Source of the DNA: Planctomyces sp.
Lineage (GTDB): Bacteria; Planctomycetota; Planctomycetia; Planctomycetales; Planctomycetaceae
DNA length: 60,256 nucleotides
Direction: 5' to 3'
NCBI GenBank assembly: GCA_005791255.1
Contig: SXXK01000385.1
Coordinates: 1-60,256, forward strand
Part shown: positions 44,236 to 54,859 of the stretch, one piece after another
How the letters are laid out: the number at the start of each line of letters is the position of its first letter
How positions within the stretch are numbered: position 1 is the stretch's first letter
Made by a program: the position numbers and the translations under genes
Notes under the pieces: generated by a model
The model's input: the letters and a program-made list of their open reading frames with translations, nothing else
The model's database searches: none
What the model was told of the DNA's origin: nothing

Positions 44236-45702
44236 TCAGGTAATGCTCTGACGCAGTCGTCGGCGGGCTGCAGTGCGTCGCACCAGCTCATCCCCCAGTA
44301 CGCCCAGCAGAATCACGGCTCCAATGATCGTGTACTCCAGCGACTGCGGAATTCGCAGCAGCATAATCATATTGTTCAGCACCTGCATCACGGCAGTTCC
44401 GATCACCACTCCGGGAACTGATCCTTCTCCGCCGCGCAGACTGCAGCCCCCGAGCACGGCTGCGGCAATCGCATACAGTTCAAACGAGTTGCCGAAACTG
44501 GATGGAGAAATGGAGCTGTACTCCAGAGAAAACAGCATGCCTCCCACTGCTGCCATCACGGCACAGATCACATAAGCCATCACTGTCACTCGACCGGTAT
44601 TGATACCGCTGAAGCGAGCCGCCTCTTCATTGCGGCCAAGTGCCAGCAGATAACGTCCCCAGACAGTGCGAGTCAGCACGATGGTGGCCACAATTGCAAG
44701 ACCGGTCATCAGAAAGAACGGGATCGGAATCCCGAACAGGATCCGATCACCCTTCAGCAGCAGACCGACTCGCCCGGATGCCACCGGCCCCAGCACACTT
44801 TGCAATTCACCGAATCCCGCCGGATTGTCGTTGGTCAGCCAGCGCGAGGCACCACGATAAATCAGCAGACCGCAGAGTGTGACCACAAACGGCTGCAGTC
44901 TCAGTCGGGTTATCAGCAGGCCGTGAATCAGCCCCAGACCGGAGGCTGTTCCCAGCACAATCAGGATCGCCAGCGGTATGGAACATCGCTGAGTCCGGCG
45001 GAGCACCACCGCGAAGGATTCGGAGTGATATCTTGGTCCGGGATCCCTGGCCAGAGTCAGCAGCAACTGATCACCGCGGGTCTGCACCGCCGTGATTTTT
45101 TGTCCGGTGACACCACCATCCCGACGATACAGCTGCAACTGGTCGCTGGTTGCGGCTGAGGTTGCAGGCAGGGTCGCAGTCAGAGTGTCGGTGGCAAATG
45201 CCTGCAGCGGCAGAATTCTGACAAGTCGGCCGTCGCGTTCATCCCGCGCCAGCGGTTCACGCACCACAATTCGCCCGTCAGTCGCCGATTCCACCGTCAG
45301 AACCAATCCCGAACCCACTCCACCCGTAAAACGAACCGTATCTCCGGCACTGAGCGACTGCACGCTGCCATCCACCACAATCGTGCGGTCCGCTGCCGTC
45401 ATTTGCACCACCGACAACGGCTGTTCCGGCTGATAATCCACCTTCAGCAGAATCGACAGCAGCACTCCGCACAGACACACCATCGAACCAATCGAAAGAT
45501 CAATGCCGCTGGTGATGATCACAAACGCCACACCGATGCCCAGAATCCCGTACAGGGCGGTACGGCTGAGCAGATTCATGATGTTGTCCAGTGCCAAAAA
45601 CTGCGACTGGCCTGGATTCCACCACGGATCCGCGGTGGCCATTGTGAGGCAGACGCACAGCGCCGCCAGCACCGAGAAAATGCCGAGGATCTTGCCCTTC
45701 AT
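44236..45702 (-). CDS. Sugar ABC transporter permease (RbsC/AraH family) with an insertion of about 150 aa
   Basis: Family blocks VIITSGIDLSIGSM and AAVLGGCSLRGGEGSV. Residues about 87-240 have no counterpart in E. coli RbsC. Confidence 0.85.
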   Translation of the reverse strand: MKGKILGIFSVLAALCVCLTMATADPWWNPGQSQFLALDNIMNLLSRTALYGILGIGVAFVIITSGIDLSIGSMVCLCGVLLSILLKVDYQPEQPLSVVQMTAADRTIVVDGSVQSLSAGDTVRFTGGVGSGLVLTVESATDGRIVVREPLARDERDGRLVRILPLQAFATDTLTATLPATSAATSDQLQLYRRDGGVTGQKITAVQTRGDQLLLTLARDPGPRYHSESFAVVLRRTQRCSIPLAILIVLGTASGLGLIHGLLITRLRLQPFVVTLCGLLIYRGASRWLTNDNPAGFGELQSVLGPVASGRVGLLLKGDRILFGIPIPFFLMTGLAIVATIVLTRTVWGRYLLALGRNEEAARFSGINTGRVTVMAYVICAVMAAVGGMLFSLEYSSISPSSFGNSFELYAIAAAVLGGCSLRGGEGSVPGVVIGTAVMQVLNNMIMLLRIPQSLEYTIIGAVILLGVLGDELVRRTAARRRLRQSIT

Positions 45703-47222
45703 GGAACAGCCTGTTCTGCAAAAAATCCGGTCGCCAGTTTCATGATGGCCTGCTCGGAAAGCTGGTCACGCTGCAACTGCCCCGTCACTCTGCCTTCGTG
45801 CATCACCAGCACTCGATCACTCATTCCCAGTATCTCTTCCAGCTCACTGCTGACGAACAGGACCGCCAGACCCTGCTGCGCCAGCTCATCCATCAGTTGA
45901 TAGATTTCCTGTTTTGCTCCCACGTCAATGCCGCGAGTCGGCTCGTCCAGCAGCAGCACGTTCGGGCGCAGGGCCAGCCACTTGCCCAGCACCACCTTCT
46001 GCTGATTGCCTCCCGACAGATTGCCCACTCGCGCCTGATCGTTCGGCATCCTGACCCGCAGTCGACTGCACATTTCCTGCGACTGCGCCTGCTCAGTGGA
46101 AAAACTGAGAAAGCCGGCTTTCGAATGGCGGTGTGCCGAGGCCAGTCCGATGTTCTGGCGGATCGCCATGTCCAGCACAATTCCCTGCTGCTTGCGATCC
46201 TCAGGCACCAGCGCGATTCCGGCTGCAATCGCATCCTGAGGTGAACGCAGCTGCAGAGTCTGACCGGCAGCGACGATGGAGCCGGCGAGCGGAGCGTCGA
46301 TGCCAAAAAGTGTGCGGAGCAGTTCCGTGCGACCGGCTCCCACCAGCCCCGCAATTCCCACAACCTCCCCGGCACGGAGACTGAAGCTGACCGCGTGCGC
46401 GGGCCACGCCGTCGTGCGGACCCCCTGAACTTCCAGGACTGTGCGACCCGGCTGACAGGGCTGCCGGGAAAAAATCCGCGACACATCCCGCCCTACCATC
46501 AGACGCACAAGATTGTCATGCGTGATCTGCCCCCGCTCCAGCTCGCCCGCGTTGGCGCCGTCACGCAGCACCACCGCCCGATCCGACAGATCCTGCACCT
46601 CCGCCAGCCTGTGCGATATGTACACAATGCTGACGCCCTGCTGCCGCAGATCCCGAATCACCTGGAACAGCCGCGCGGACTCGGCACCGGACAGACTGGA
46701 TGTCGGCTCATCCATGATCAGCACTCGCGCATTGATCGACATCGCCTTGGCGATTTCCACCATCTGCTGCTGACCCACAGTCAGCTCACGCACCAGAGTT
46801 TCAGGTGTGAAATTCAGCCCGATCCGACGCAGCAGCTCAAGCGAACGGCGCCGAATTTCCTGCTCATCGATCAGTCCCAGCCGCCGCGGTTCCCGACCCA
46901 GAAACAGGTTGGCGCCGATGTCCAGATTGTCGGCCAGATTCAGTTCCTGGTGGATCAGCGCGATGCCGTGCTGCATGGCGTCCGCCACCCGGGTAAACTG
47001 CTGCGGACGACCGTCCACCAGCAGCGTCCCGGAATCCTGAGCCTGTACGCCGGCAAGGATCTTCATCAGAGTACTTTTGCCGGCGCCGTTCTCACCGACA
47101 ACCGAAAGGACCTCGCCCGGGAACACCTGCAGGCTGACTTTCTTCAGCGCACGCACTCCCGGGAAGGACTTTTCAATCTCCTGAACTTCCAGACGCGGAA
47201 CAGCTGCAACTGCTGAAACCAT
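45699..47222 (-). CDS. Sugar ABC transporter ATP-binding protein (two fused ABC domains, RbsA-like)
   Basis: The ATG at 47222 gives MVSAVAAVPRLEVQEIEKSF. First Walker A GENGAGKST. Signatures LTVGQQQM and LSGGNQQK. Confidence 0.9.
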   Translation of the reverse strand: MVSAVAAVPRLEVQEIEKSFPGVRALKKVSLQVFPGEVLSVVGENGAGKSTLMKILAGVQAQDSGTLLVDGRPQQFTRVADAMQHGIALIHQELNLADNLDIGANLFLGREPRRLGLIDEQEIRRRSLELLRRIGLNFTPETLVRELTVGQQQMVEIAKAMSINARVLIMDEPTSSLSGAESARLFQVIRDLRQQGVSIVYISHRLAEVQDLSDRAVVLRDGANAGELERGQITHDNLVRLMVGRDVSRIFSRQPCQPGRTVLEVQGVRTTAWPAHAVSFSLRAGEVVGIAGLVGAGRTELLRTLFGIDAPLAGSIVAAGQTLQLRSPQDAIAAGIALVPEDRKQQGIVLDMAIRQNIGLASAHRHSKAGFLSFSTEQAQSQEMCSRLRVRMPNDQARVGNLSGGNQQKVVLGKWLALRPNVLLLDEPTRGIDVGAKQEIYQLMDELAQQGLAVLFVSSELEEILGMSDRVLVMHEGRVTGQLQRDQLSEQAIMKLATGFFAEQAVP

Positions 47223-47227
47223 GACGA

Positions 47228-48337
47228 CTACTGGCCCTTCAGACGCTTCAGCTCTTCCCAGTATGTGTCCACGTTCTCGGCCGTGATGGACCGCGGAGCA
47301 ATATCGATGTAGCGGGACGGCGGAATCACCTGCTGATTGCCGCTGAGAATCTCCTTCAGGACCTTCACCGACTGATACCCGTATTCGTAGGGGTTCTGCA
47401 CCACCGTCCCGGCACATTCACCGTCGCGAATGGCCTGCAGCGTCACGTCGTTTTCATCAAAACCGGCCAGCGCGATCTGCTTCAGCCGTTCGGCCTTTTT
47501 GAGTGCCTGATAGCAGGCTGGCGGGTTGTATTCGAACAATCCGGCCATGCCCTTGAGGTCAGGGTACTTCACCAGTGCGTCTTCAGCCTTCTGCAGCGCC
47601 ACCTCCGGTTTGCCCTGATCGGTCAGAGTGGCCACGATGGTGTACTTGTCACCTTTCAGCTCTTCTTCGACCGGATCGAAGCTGCCCGGATTGTCCTTGT
47701 AAAACTGAATCGTGCGGTCGCGTCCCATCAGCACATCAATGACACCCTGTCGACGATAGCGGCTGTTGTCCTGTTCCAGTCGTCCAATGCAGATCAGGAT
47801 CTGGCCCCCGTCCGGGACCGCGCGTTTCAGAATCTCACCGCAGGCCCGGCCGGCGGCATAGTTGTCCATGCCGATATACACCAGTCGCTCTGAGGCCGGA
47901 GCATCGGAATCGTGAGTGATCAGGGGCATTTTCTCAGCGAGGCTGTTCAGCCATTCAATCTGATTATCGGCATCCAGCGGACTGATGGCTATGGCCTGAA
48001 TGCCACCGGCGATGGCATCTTCAACCTTCTGCTTCTGCACCACAGCGGTGGCTTCCGGAGGCATGATGACCTGCACATCCATGTCGAATTCCTTCGCCGC
48101 CGTGATGCAGCCGGCTTCTGAAATCTTCCAGAAGTCGGCCATCTGGTGGGTGACAAAGGCCACGGACATCTTCCTGCCAGTCACGGGGGTTTCCGCTGCA
48201 GGTGAGAGGTCCGGTGCTGGTACGACGGTGGTGGGGGCGCCCGGTGCGTCCGCACTGCCGGAAGTCTGGGAGGTCTGTGAGTCCTGAACCTGGCAGCCGA
48301 CGAAGGCCAGTGCCAGCAGCAGCAAGCCGCGTTTCAT
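47228..48337 (-). CDS. Sugar ABC transporter substrate-binding lipoprotein (RbsB/LacI-type PBP fold)
   Basis: The ATG at 48337 gives MKRGLLLLALAFVGCQ, which contains a lipobox. A periplasmic-binding-protein type I pattern follows. Confidence 0.85.
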   Translation of the reverse strand: MKRGLLLLALAFVGCQVQDSQTSQTSGSADAPGAPTTVVPAPDLSPAAETPVTGRKMSVAFVTHQMADFWKISEAGCITAAKEFDMDVQVIMPPEATAVVQKQKVEDAIAGGIQAIAISPLDADNQIEWLNSLAEKMPLITHDSDAPASERLVYIGMDNYAAGRACGEILKRAVPDGGQILICIGRLEQDNSRYRRQGVIDVLMGRDRTIQFYKDNPGSFDPVEEELKGDKYTIVATLTDQGKPEVALQKAEDALVKYPDLKGMAGLFEYNPPACYQALKKAERLKQIALAGFDENDVTLQAIRDGECAGTVVQNPYEYGYQSVKVLKEILSGNQQVIPPSRYIDIAPRSITAENVDTYWEELKRLKGQ

Positions 48338-49123
48338 GGTCTGGTGATCCTGTGGTGGGAATGAAGGAGCGCCGAAGGGCCCGAAAAGCTCCACGATAGA
48401 GCCCGGGGGGGCCGGGGTCAAATCCGAGCGGGGGATTGCTGCCGTGAAAGTCTGAACAGAGACCGAATTCAGCGGATTCGCACCCGAATCCGCCTCGCCG
48501 GCCCCGATCCGGTTGAATTGGCGGGGCACTCTGGTACAGTTCAGGGCTGAGAACAGACTGTCTGTACAGGTGACTGTCGTGGTGGTCTGTCAGGATTTCG
48601 GACAGGTCATCGGTCCCACCCGAAATCTGCAGGTACTGCCTGTTCCGGCGCACGGCTCCGGACAGGTTCCTCAGAAGAATCTCCAGGTCAGGCTCAGAGA
48701 CGATTCCGCGAAGTGTTCCGGATTGTTTCTGGCTTAACAGTTTCGACAGGTCTGGTTGCTGCATCTGGCTGCTGCGTTGGGTTGCTCATGCTGTATCTGA
48801 TTCCCATAGTGCTGTTGTTTCTGGCTGTGCGGCTGCGGCATCTGCTGCTGTCGCTGCCGGCTGCCGCAGCAGGCGTGCGAGCGGATCACGGCAGGTGTGC
48901 GCGGACGTGGCCCGGTTCGGCGACCTGTATTCCGACGCTGTCCACCTTCGTTTGTTCATGCTTTCGTTCCGCTGTGGCGGTGCGTCTGCAGGAAACCGGG
49001 TTGGCGCCGGCCGGGGCAGCGGCGGAATTGTCGACGGTTCCATAAGATTCAGCAGGTTCAGTGCAGCAGATTGTCGTCCGTACCCGGACAGGGCAGGACC
49101 GTTCACAATAGAGGGACGGTGCC

Positions 49124-50665
49124 ATGAGTGAATTGATTGTCGGTCTGGTGGCCGCTGCCGGTGGCGTGGCTGCCGGTCTGTTTGCCGAGCGGGCCATCAA
49201 AGGCCGTGCTTACAAAACTCGTGATGACATCATCGAAGCGGCACGTCGCGAAGCCGAAACTGTGCATCGCGACCAGGAGCTGCAGCTCAAGGAAGAGTTG
49301 CTGAAACGCCGCGAATCGCTCGAAGCCAAGCTCGAGGAAAGCCATACAAAACTGCGTGATCGCGAGCGGGAGCTGGATCGTCGCTCGGCACAGATGGATG
49401 AGCAGCAGGATGCTTTCCGCAAGAAGGAAAAGATGCTGCAGACCACTCAGCAGAAGCTGGCCGATCGTACTCGCAGCATCGATGCCCGGGACGCCGAACT
49501 GAATCGCATGATCCGCGAAGAACAGGATCAGCTGTATCGCATCAGTGAGCTGTCGAAGGAGCAGGCAACGGAACAGCTGCTGAAGCGACTGGATCGGGAA
49601 CTGGCCGATCAGACCGGTGCTTTGATCATGAAGCACGAAACCGAACTGCGGAACGAATGTGAACGGCGGGCTCGCGAAATCATCGGCATGGCCGTTCAGC
49701 GATATGCCTCCGCTCACACCTCCGAAACGACAGTCTCCACCGTCGACATCCCGAATGATGATGTCAAGGGACGCATCATTGGTCGCGAGGGACGCAACAT
49801 TCGGGCCTTTGAGAAGGCCACGGGCGTCGATGTGATTGTGGATGACACGCCGGGTGTGGTGATCGTGTCAGCCTTCGACAATGTGCGTCGCGAAATCGGC
49901 AAGCGCACGCTGGTCAAGCTGATTCAGGATGGTCGCATTCATCCGTCGCGGATCGAGGAGATTGTGGCTGAGACCACGAAGGAGATGGACGAGCATATTC
50001 GCAGGCTGGGCTTGCAGGCCAGTGAGGAAGCCGGCATTCGGGGCCTGCATCCGAAGATTCTGGATCTGATGGGTCGGCTGCATTTCCGCGTCAGTTACAG
50101 CCAGAATGTGCGGCAGCATTCCATTGAAGTGGCTCATCTGACCGGTCTGATGGCTGAGCAACTGGGGCTGGACGGCAATCTGGCTCGCCGCTGCGGCTTC
50201 CTGCACGACATCGGCAAGGCGGCTGACCACGAAATGGAAGGCGGGCATCCTGCAGTCGGGGCTGAGCTGCTGAAGCGATACGGTGAAGGTGCTGAAGTGG
50301 TGCACGCTGCGGCCGGCCATCACGATGACATTCGCCCTGAATTCATCTACACGGTACTGGTCGCTGCGGCTGATGCGGTATCCGCCGCACGTCCCGGAGC
50401 ACGCCGCGAAACACTCGAGAAATACGTACGTCGACTGGAGGAACTGGAAGCGCTTGTGTGCGGGTTCCCGGGTGTTGAGCAGGCGTTTGCCGTGCAGGCC
50501 GGTCGTGAGGTGCGAGTGATCGTGGATTCGGCGCGAGTCAATGACCGGCAGGCGGCAAGAATGAGTCGGGATATTGCCACAGCGATTGAGCAGACCCTGA
50601 CATATCCGGGCGAAATCAAGGTGACTGTCCTGCGGGAGACTCGCAACGTGGAATTTGCGAGGTAG
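49124..50665 (+). CDS. rny: Ribonuclease Y
   Basis: N-terminal TM helix, coiled coil, KH domain ([15 protein letters not shown]) and HD domain (HSIEVAHL...FLHDIGKA). A GAGGGA SD-like stretch lies upstream. Confidence 0.95.
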   Translation: MSELIVGLVAAAGGVAAGLFAERAIKGRAYKTRDDIIEAARREAETVHRDQELQLKEELLKRRESLEAKLEESHTKLRDRERELDRRSAQMDEQQDAFRKKEKMLQTTQQKLADRTRSIDARDAELNRMIREEQDQLYRISELSKEQATEQLLKRLDRELADQTGALIMKHETELRNECERRAREIIGMAVQRYASAHTSETTVSTVDIPNDDVKGRIIGREGRNIRAFEKATGVDVIVDDTPGVVIVSAFDNVRREIGKRTLVKLIQDGRIHPSRIEEIVAETTKEMDEHIRRLGLQASEEAGIRGLHPKILDLMGRLHFRVSYSQNVRQHSIEVAHLTGLMAEQLGLDGNLARRCGFLHDIGKAADHEMEGGHPAVGAELLKRYGEGAEVVHAAAGHHDDIRPEFIYTVLVAAADAVSAARPGARRETLEKYVRRLEELEALVCGFPGVEQAFAVQAGREVRVIVDSARVNDRQAARMSRDIATAIEQTLTYPGEIKVTVLRETRNVEFAR

Positions 50666-50734
50666 TGGGTGATGCAGCCTCAGGTCGTGTGGCCGAGGCT
50701 CAGGTTCCGTGGTTAACAGTCAGATGGGACAGGC

Positions 50735-53700
50735 GTGAGCAGCGGGTCAAAAAAACAGTCTGATCTTTTTTCTTCGCCGGCGGATGCAGCAGACGACGAG
50801 ATTCTGCGGGATCTGCTGGGCTACCTGAATTTCTCGGATGGCACTCCGGGCAACCGATTTCGCGCCTGCATCAACCAGCTGTTTCTCAGTCAGCGCGGCG
50901 GCAGAGATCCGCAGCAGCTGAAGTCGCTGCTGCTGGGCCGGCTGCAGACTCTGCAAAGTTCCGGCGCAGCAGCCTTCGCTGTGACGGATCAGGCTGAACT
51001 GATCATCCGGCAGACACTCAGCGAAGTGCTGCCCGCCTATCGTGCCTGGCACTGTGATCTGCTGGCTCACTGCACAGACGAGGATTTCTTCAGTCCGCTG
51101 CTGCTGGCCCGGATGTTCGAGACGACTCTGGCGGTGCGGGCCGAGCGTTCCGGAATGGCTCCGACCGACGCCGCGCGGGAAGCCGTTCGCAGACTGAATC
51201 ATTTTCTCGGCTATCGACCTGTGGCGGTACTGGAAAATGGTCGCCGGGCGCAGCCTTACGACCATGAACGATTCTGTGTGCTGCCGCTGTACATGGTGGA
51301 TGTGGGAGTCGCGTCGGGGCGGTATCACGGACTGATCAGCGCAGCCATTCAGTTTATGCAGGGGTTGCCGGAAGAGCTGCTGGCGGGCACGCACTTTTCC
51401 TTCGCAAGGCTCAGCGAACTGTCACTGGATGTGCGCGCTCACGACCACACGCATCCGGTCACCAAACGGACGAATTACATTTTCGGGGAGTGGGATCCGG
51501 ACGAGATCGACACGAAGGGGTATTACCGTCGCTTTGTGGTGCGGCGTCTGATCCTCGATGCTCTGCTGTCATGGATCTCAAAGGGCAAGGGACGTCTGGG
51601 AGCGGAAGATCCTGAGCGTCTGTATGACGCGGCGGCCGTGCTGACGGGCACCATCCTGATGGGCTCGTCGATCAGCGGATCCGGTCCGCAGACCTGGGAC
51701 TCCTCAGTGTCGCTGACGTCGCTGCTGCCGATGGTGGCGCGGCAGCGGGACTGCTTTTACAGCGAGCTGCTGGAACAGGCGGAAGGTGAACGTCGAAAAC
51801 GGCTCCGCCGACTTGCCACCTCGACTCGCCAGCCTTTCGGGCATGTGCGGCACCAGTTAAACCTGTATCTGGCGAAATATGGTGCGGATCAGGTGCAGCA
51901 TCGGCATCTGTCATGGGTGTTCGCGCGGATGGGTTATGAGCAGGCCAGTCGTGAAGAGGCGTCGGTGATTCCCAGCCTGGCGGCGCGATTTGAGTCCGAG
52001 ATTTCTGCTCGACTGGTGACCATTCCGCGGCATCTGCGCGCCGGGAAGCCGGAGGAAGCAGCGCGGCTGATGGATGAATCGCTCGAACTGCTGGAGCGGG
52101 CGATTCACTGTGGCGGGTTTGTGGATCCGTGGAACATCCTTGGGTTTCAGGGGTTGTTTCCGCTGTTCTCTGCACGCGAAGATTCCATACCGGACACTCG
52201 CGTCGATTCTCTGCTGGAACTGATGGGACTGCTGTTTGATACCTGCGCGCTGATCATGAGTGAGGCGGCGGCTTCCGGAAAGATGGCTGTGCATGAACAT
52301 GTTCTGACGCGGTTCAGGCTGCTGGCGGAACAGTGGGACAGATATGCAACCACCACGGTCAATGATCTGACGAAGGTGGAGGGTCAGCGGTCGGTGGACA
52401 GTGCCATCCAGGTGGCTCGAGCACTGGCTCGGTGGCGAGAAGCGGGCGAGGCGGCCGGGGACATTTCGTTCTGGCGACAGCATGTCGAGGAATTCGCATC
52501 GCCCTCCAGTTTTGCTCAGGTCGTCACTTCACTGCTGGATCGTCATGATCATGTGGCGGCCATGGGGCTGCTCATGCAGTGGCTCAGTCGGGCAGATTCC
52601 GTGCCGCTGGAGAGCGGGCCGCATTCCATACACAGGCTGCTGCATCGATTGCTGGATTGTGTGTGTCAGCACGGACCCCCGGAACTGCGCTGGATCGGAC
52701 TGCGACGACTGTTTGCCTTCATGGAGGCGAATGCGGGAGAATTCTGGGAGGTTCCGCGTCTGAACGCCTATGTGGAACAGCAGCGAAAGACCGGGCGTCG
52801 CGGCAAGCCCGGCGACGAACTGGATCTCGAGCATCTGTTCGACGGTAATGACGAAGAACAGGACACTCTGGCAGCAGCCTGGGATGAAGTGACCTACCGT
52901 GATTCCACCGACGACGGGAATGTCGGGGACACGATGGATTCATCCATCACAGCTCCGGGCACTACAGAATTCGAGATTCTGTATCGGCAGATTGAGCCTC
53001 GACTGAAGTTTCTGCACACCGTGGGATCGCTTTGGAGTATTGCGGCGGTCTGGGTGTCGCGACAGCAGGCCCAGGTGTCTCAGGAGCACGCCGAGATGAT
53101 GCGCGACTGGCTGGTCGCCATTCGCGGCCGGCTGCAGGGACTGGGAGAACTGGTCAGCGAAGTTCGCGACTATGAAATCTCGGTTCTGAGCAGTGGTCTT
53201 GAGGGAAATCTGGAGTATGACATACAGCTGCAGTGTCGGTTCCTGCTGATGCAGAACGCGCTGTCCACGACTGTGGAATTCCTGATGGCTGAGCGGCTGA
53301 TTGAGGCCGTGGTGGGAAGTCCCGGAAAAAACAGTGACACGGAAACTCTGGATCAGCTGGTTTCGGCCATCTTCACTGCAGTGTTTTCCCGTCGCTCTGA
53401 CGAGGTGCGGAAGCTGTTTCCGGCGTTCTGCCGGGAACTGGGACGGCGTCCGCTGCTGTATGTGCCATTTGAGAATGGCGGACAGCCGGCAGCCATTCTG
53501 AAGGCGCGGACCCTGCAGGCGATTCTGCGAGTCCTGCTGGGACAACTGCCTCGCCTGGGGCTGCTGACCGAGACCTTTGTGTTGCTGCAGACTGCGTTGA
53601 AAATGGAACGCAATGCGCGACCGTCCGGCCAGGCTGTGACAGAATTTGACAGACTGTTTCGGCTGGGACTGCAGCATTCCACGGAGGCCCTGCTGAAGTC

Positions 53701-54709
53701 ATTCGAAAACCTGCAGGGTGAGAAGAGGCTGGAGATTGTCGAGCCGCGGCTTCGCAGTCTGACCGAATTGTATGCCGCACTGTGGGTCCGCCACAGCGGC
53801 TCCATGCGACTGTCAGTCGTAGAGGATCTGCAGGATCGGGACTTTGACGTGGTTGTGCAGGACTTCATCAAGTTGTATGGTGACGAACTGTTTCACACAC
53901 GAATGCTGACGCTGGGGAACATTCGAGCCATTCTGCATCACGGAGTCTCGGTGCTGTTTGCCGAACTGGAAGAAATGGCCAGCACTCAGCCCATCATGCT
54001 GCTTGACCATATGGATTCCGGCATGGTTGATAAGGATGATGCCGAAGAGGTGACGGAGTTTGTGCTGGAATGTCTGGTCGACAACTTCGATCGATTCATG
54101 GAGTACAATACGACGACGACCTACAGCGACTATGGCAGCCGTCTGTACTGTCTGCTGGACTTTCTTAAACTGGAGGCGGTGTACGACCGGTTTGAATGGA
54201 ACCATATTCCGTGGCAGCTGGTGCACGAAGTGCTGGTGAGAAAATCGGACGAAGGTGTTGCTGCGGCTCTGAAGGACGCGATCAAGCTCAAAACGGCGTC
54301 ACAGGCGAGGGAGCTTGTGAGTCAGTTGTCCGGGCTGGAAAAGTCATATGGAGTGAAGCTGCCGGCACTGCATGATCACATTAATGAGCAGATCGTGGGG
54401 GTGCTTGAGCAGAATGCGATAGCTGCGATGGTGTCGCGAGCGTGTCCGGCCGATTCGGGTGTGAATTCCGAACTGGCCGAAGCCACATTTCAAAAGTTGC
54501 GAATCCGCATAGCAAACTACATGAAAACTCGCAGCGGTTCCGGAATTGAGCCGCCGGAGTGGATGCAGCGGCTGGTTTCTGAACTGGATCAGATTCAGAA
54601 CCGACAACCGGGCAATCTGAGCACGACGCTGTCGGAAGGCGAGTATGAGCAGTTGTCGATGAAGGAACTGGATTCACAACTGACAAAGCTGCGGCGGCTG
54701 AACAAATAA
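50735..54709 (+). CDS. Large (1324 aa) hypothetical protein, probably mostly alpha-helical, no recognisable domain
   Basis: Uninterrupted ORF with a GTG start 70 nt after the rny stop. No signal peptide, TM segment, P-loop or metal motif seen. Confidence 0.8.
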   Translation: MSSGSKKQSDLFSSPADAADDEILRDLLGYLNFSDGTPGNRFRACINQLFLSQRGGRDPQQLKSLLLGRLQTLQSSGAAAFAVTDQAELIIRQTLSEVLPAYRAWHCDLLAHCTDEDFFSPLLLARMFETTLAVRAERSGMAPTDAAREAVRRLNHFLGYRPVAVLENGRRAQPYDHERFCVLPLYMVDVGVASGRYHGLISAAIQFMQGLPEELLAGTHFSFARLSELSLDVRAHDHTHPVTKRTNYIFGEWDPDEIDTKGYYRRFVVRRLILDALLSWISKGKGRLGAEDPERLYDAAAVLTGTILMGSSISGSGPQTWDSSVSLTSLLPMVARQRDCFYSELLEQAEGERRKRLRRLATSTRQPFGHVRHQLNLYLAKYGADQVQHRHLSWVFARMGYEQASREEASVIPSLAARFESEISARLVTIPRHLRAGKPEEAARLMDESLELLERAIHCGGFVDPWNILGFQGLFPLFSAREDSIPDTRVDSLLELMGLLFDTCALIMSEAAASGKMAVHEHVLTRFRLLAEQWDRYATTTVNDLTKVEGQRSVDSAIQVARALARWREAGEAAGDISFWRQHVEEFASPSSFAQVVTSLLDRHDHVAAMGLLMQWLSRADSVPLESGPHSIHRLLHRLLDCVCQHGPPELRWIGLRRLFAFMEANAGEFWEVPRLNAYVEQQRKTGRRGKPGDELDLEHLFDGNDEEQDTLAAAWDEVTYRDSTDDGNVGDTMDSSITAPGTTEFEILYRQIEPRLKFLHTVGSLWSIAAVWVSRQQAQVSQEHAEMMRDWLVAIRGRLQGLGELVSEVRDYEISVLSSGLEGNLEYDIQLQCRFLLMQNALSTTVEFLMAERLIEAVVGSPGKNSDTETLDQLVSAIFTAVFSRRSDEVRKLFPAFCRELGRRPLLYVPFENGGQPAAILKARTLQAILRVLLGQLPRLGLLTETFVLLQTALKMERNARPSGQAVTEFDRLFRLGLQHSTEALLKSFENLQGEKRLEIVEPRLRSLTELYAALWVRHSGSMRLSVVEDLQDRDFDVVVQDFIKLYGDELFHTRMLTLGNIRAILHHGVSVLFAELEEMASTQPIMLLDHMDSGMVDKDDAEEVTEFVLECLVDNFDRFMEYNTTTTYSDYGSRLYCLLDFLKLEAVYDRFEWNHIPWQLVHEVLVRKSDEGVAAALKDAIKLKTASQARELVSQLSGLEKSYGVKLPALHDHINEQIVGVLEQNAIAAMVSRACPADSGVNSELAEATFQKLRIRIANYMKTRSGSGIEPPEWMQRLVSELDQIQNRQPGNLSTTLSEGEYEQLSMKELDSQLTKLRRLNK

Positions 54710-54836
54710 CGCATGATGAATTGATCCTCATCCGTCACGTCAGCCACCAGAATGCTCAGCAGGGCCATGCCTCAAGCGAAGCCGCGAAGGTGCGAAGCTG
54801 AGTGCTCCAAACTGACAACTGACAACTGAATGCTCG

Positions 54837-54859
54837 CCTCGCCCCTTTCAGGGGCGAGG
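54837..54859. repeat. GC-rich palindromic element (cctcgcccc-tttca-ggggcgagg)
   Basis: 9-bp perfect stem. It shares the GGGGCGAGGGG core with the elements at 54995-55035 and 59983-60026. Confidence 0.7.

Noticed and set aside
46395-47216. 273-aa plus-strand ORF
   Set aside because: It is antisense to the two-domain sugar ABC ATPase gene.
48713-49106. ORFs of 104-110 aa on both strands upstream of rny
   Set aside because: They are low-complexity Ala/Arg/Pro translations with many A-ending codons toward their ends, and they overlap each other in different frames. I left the region as intergenic.
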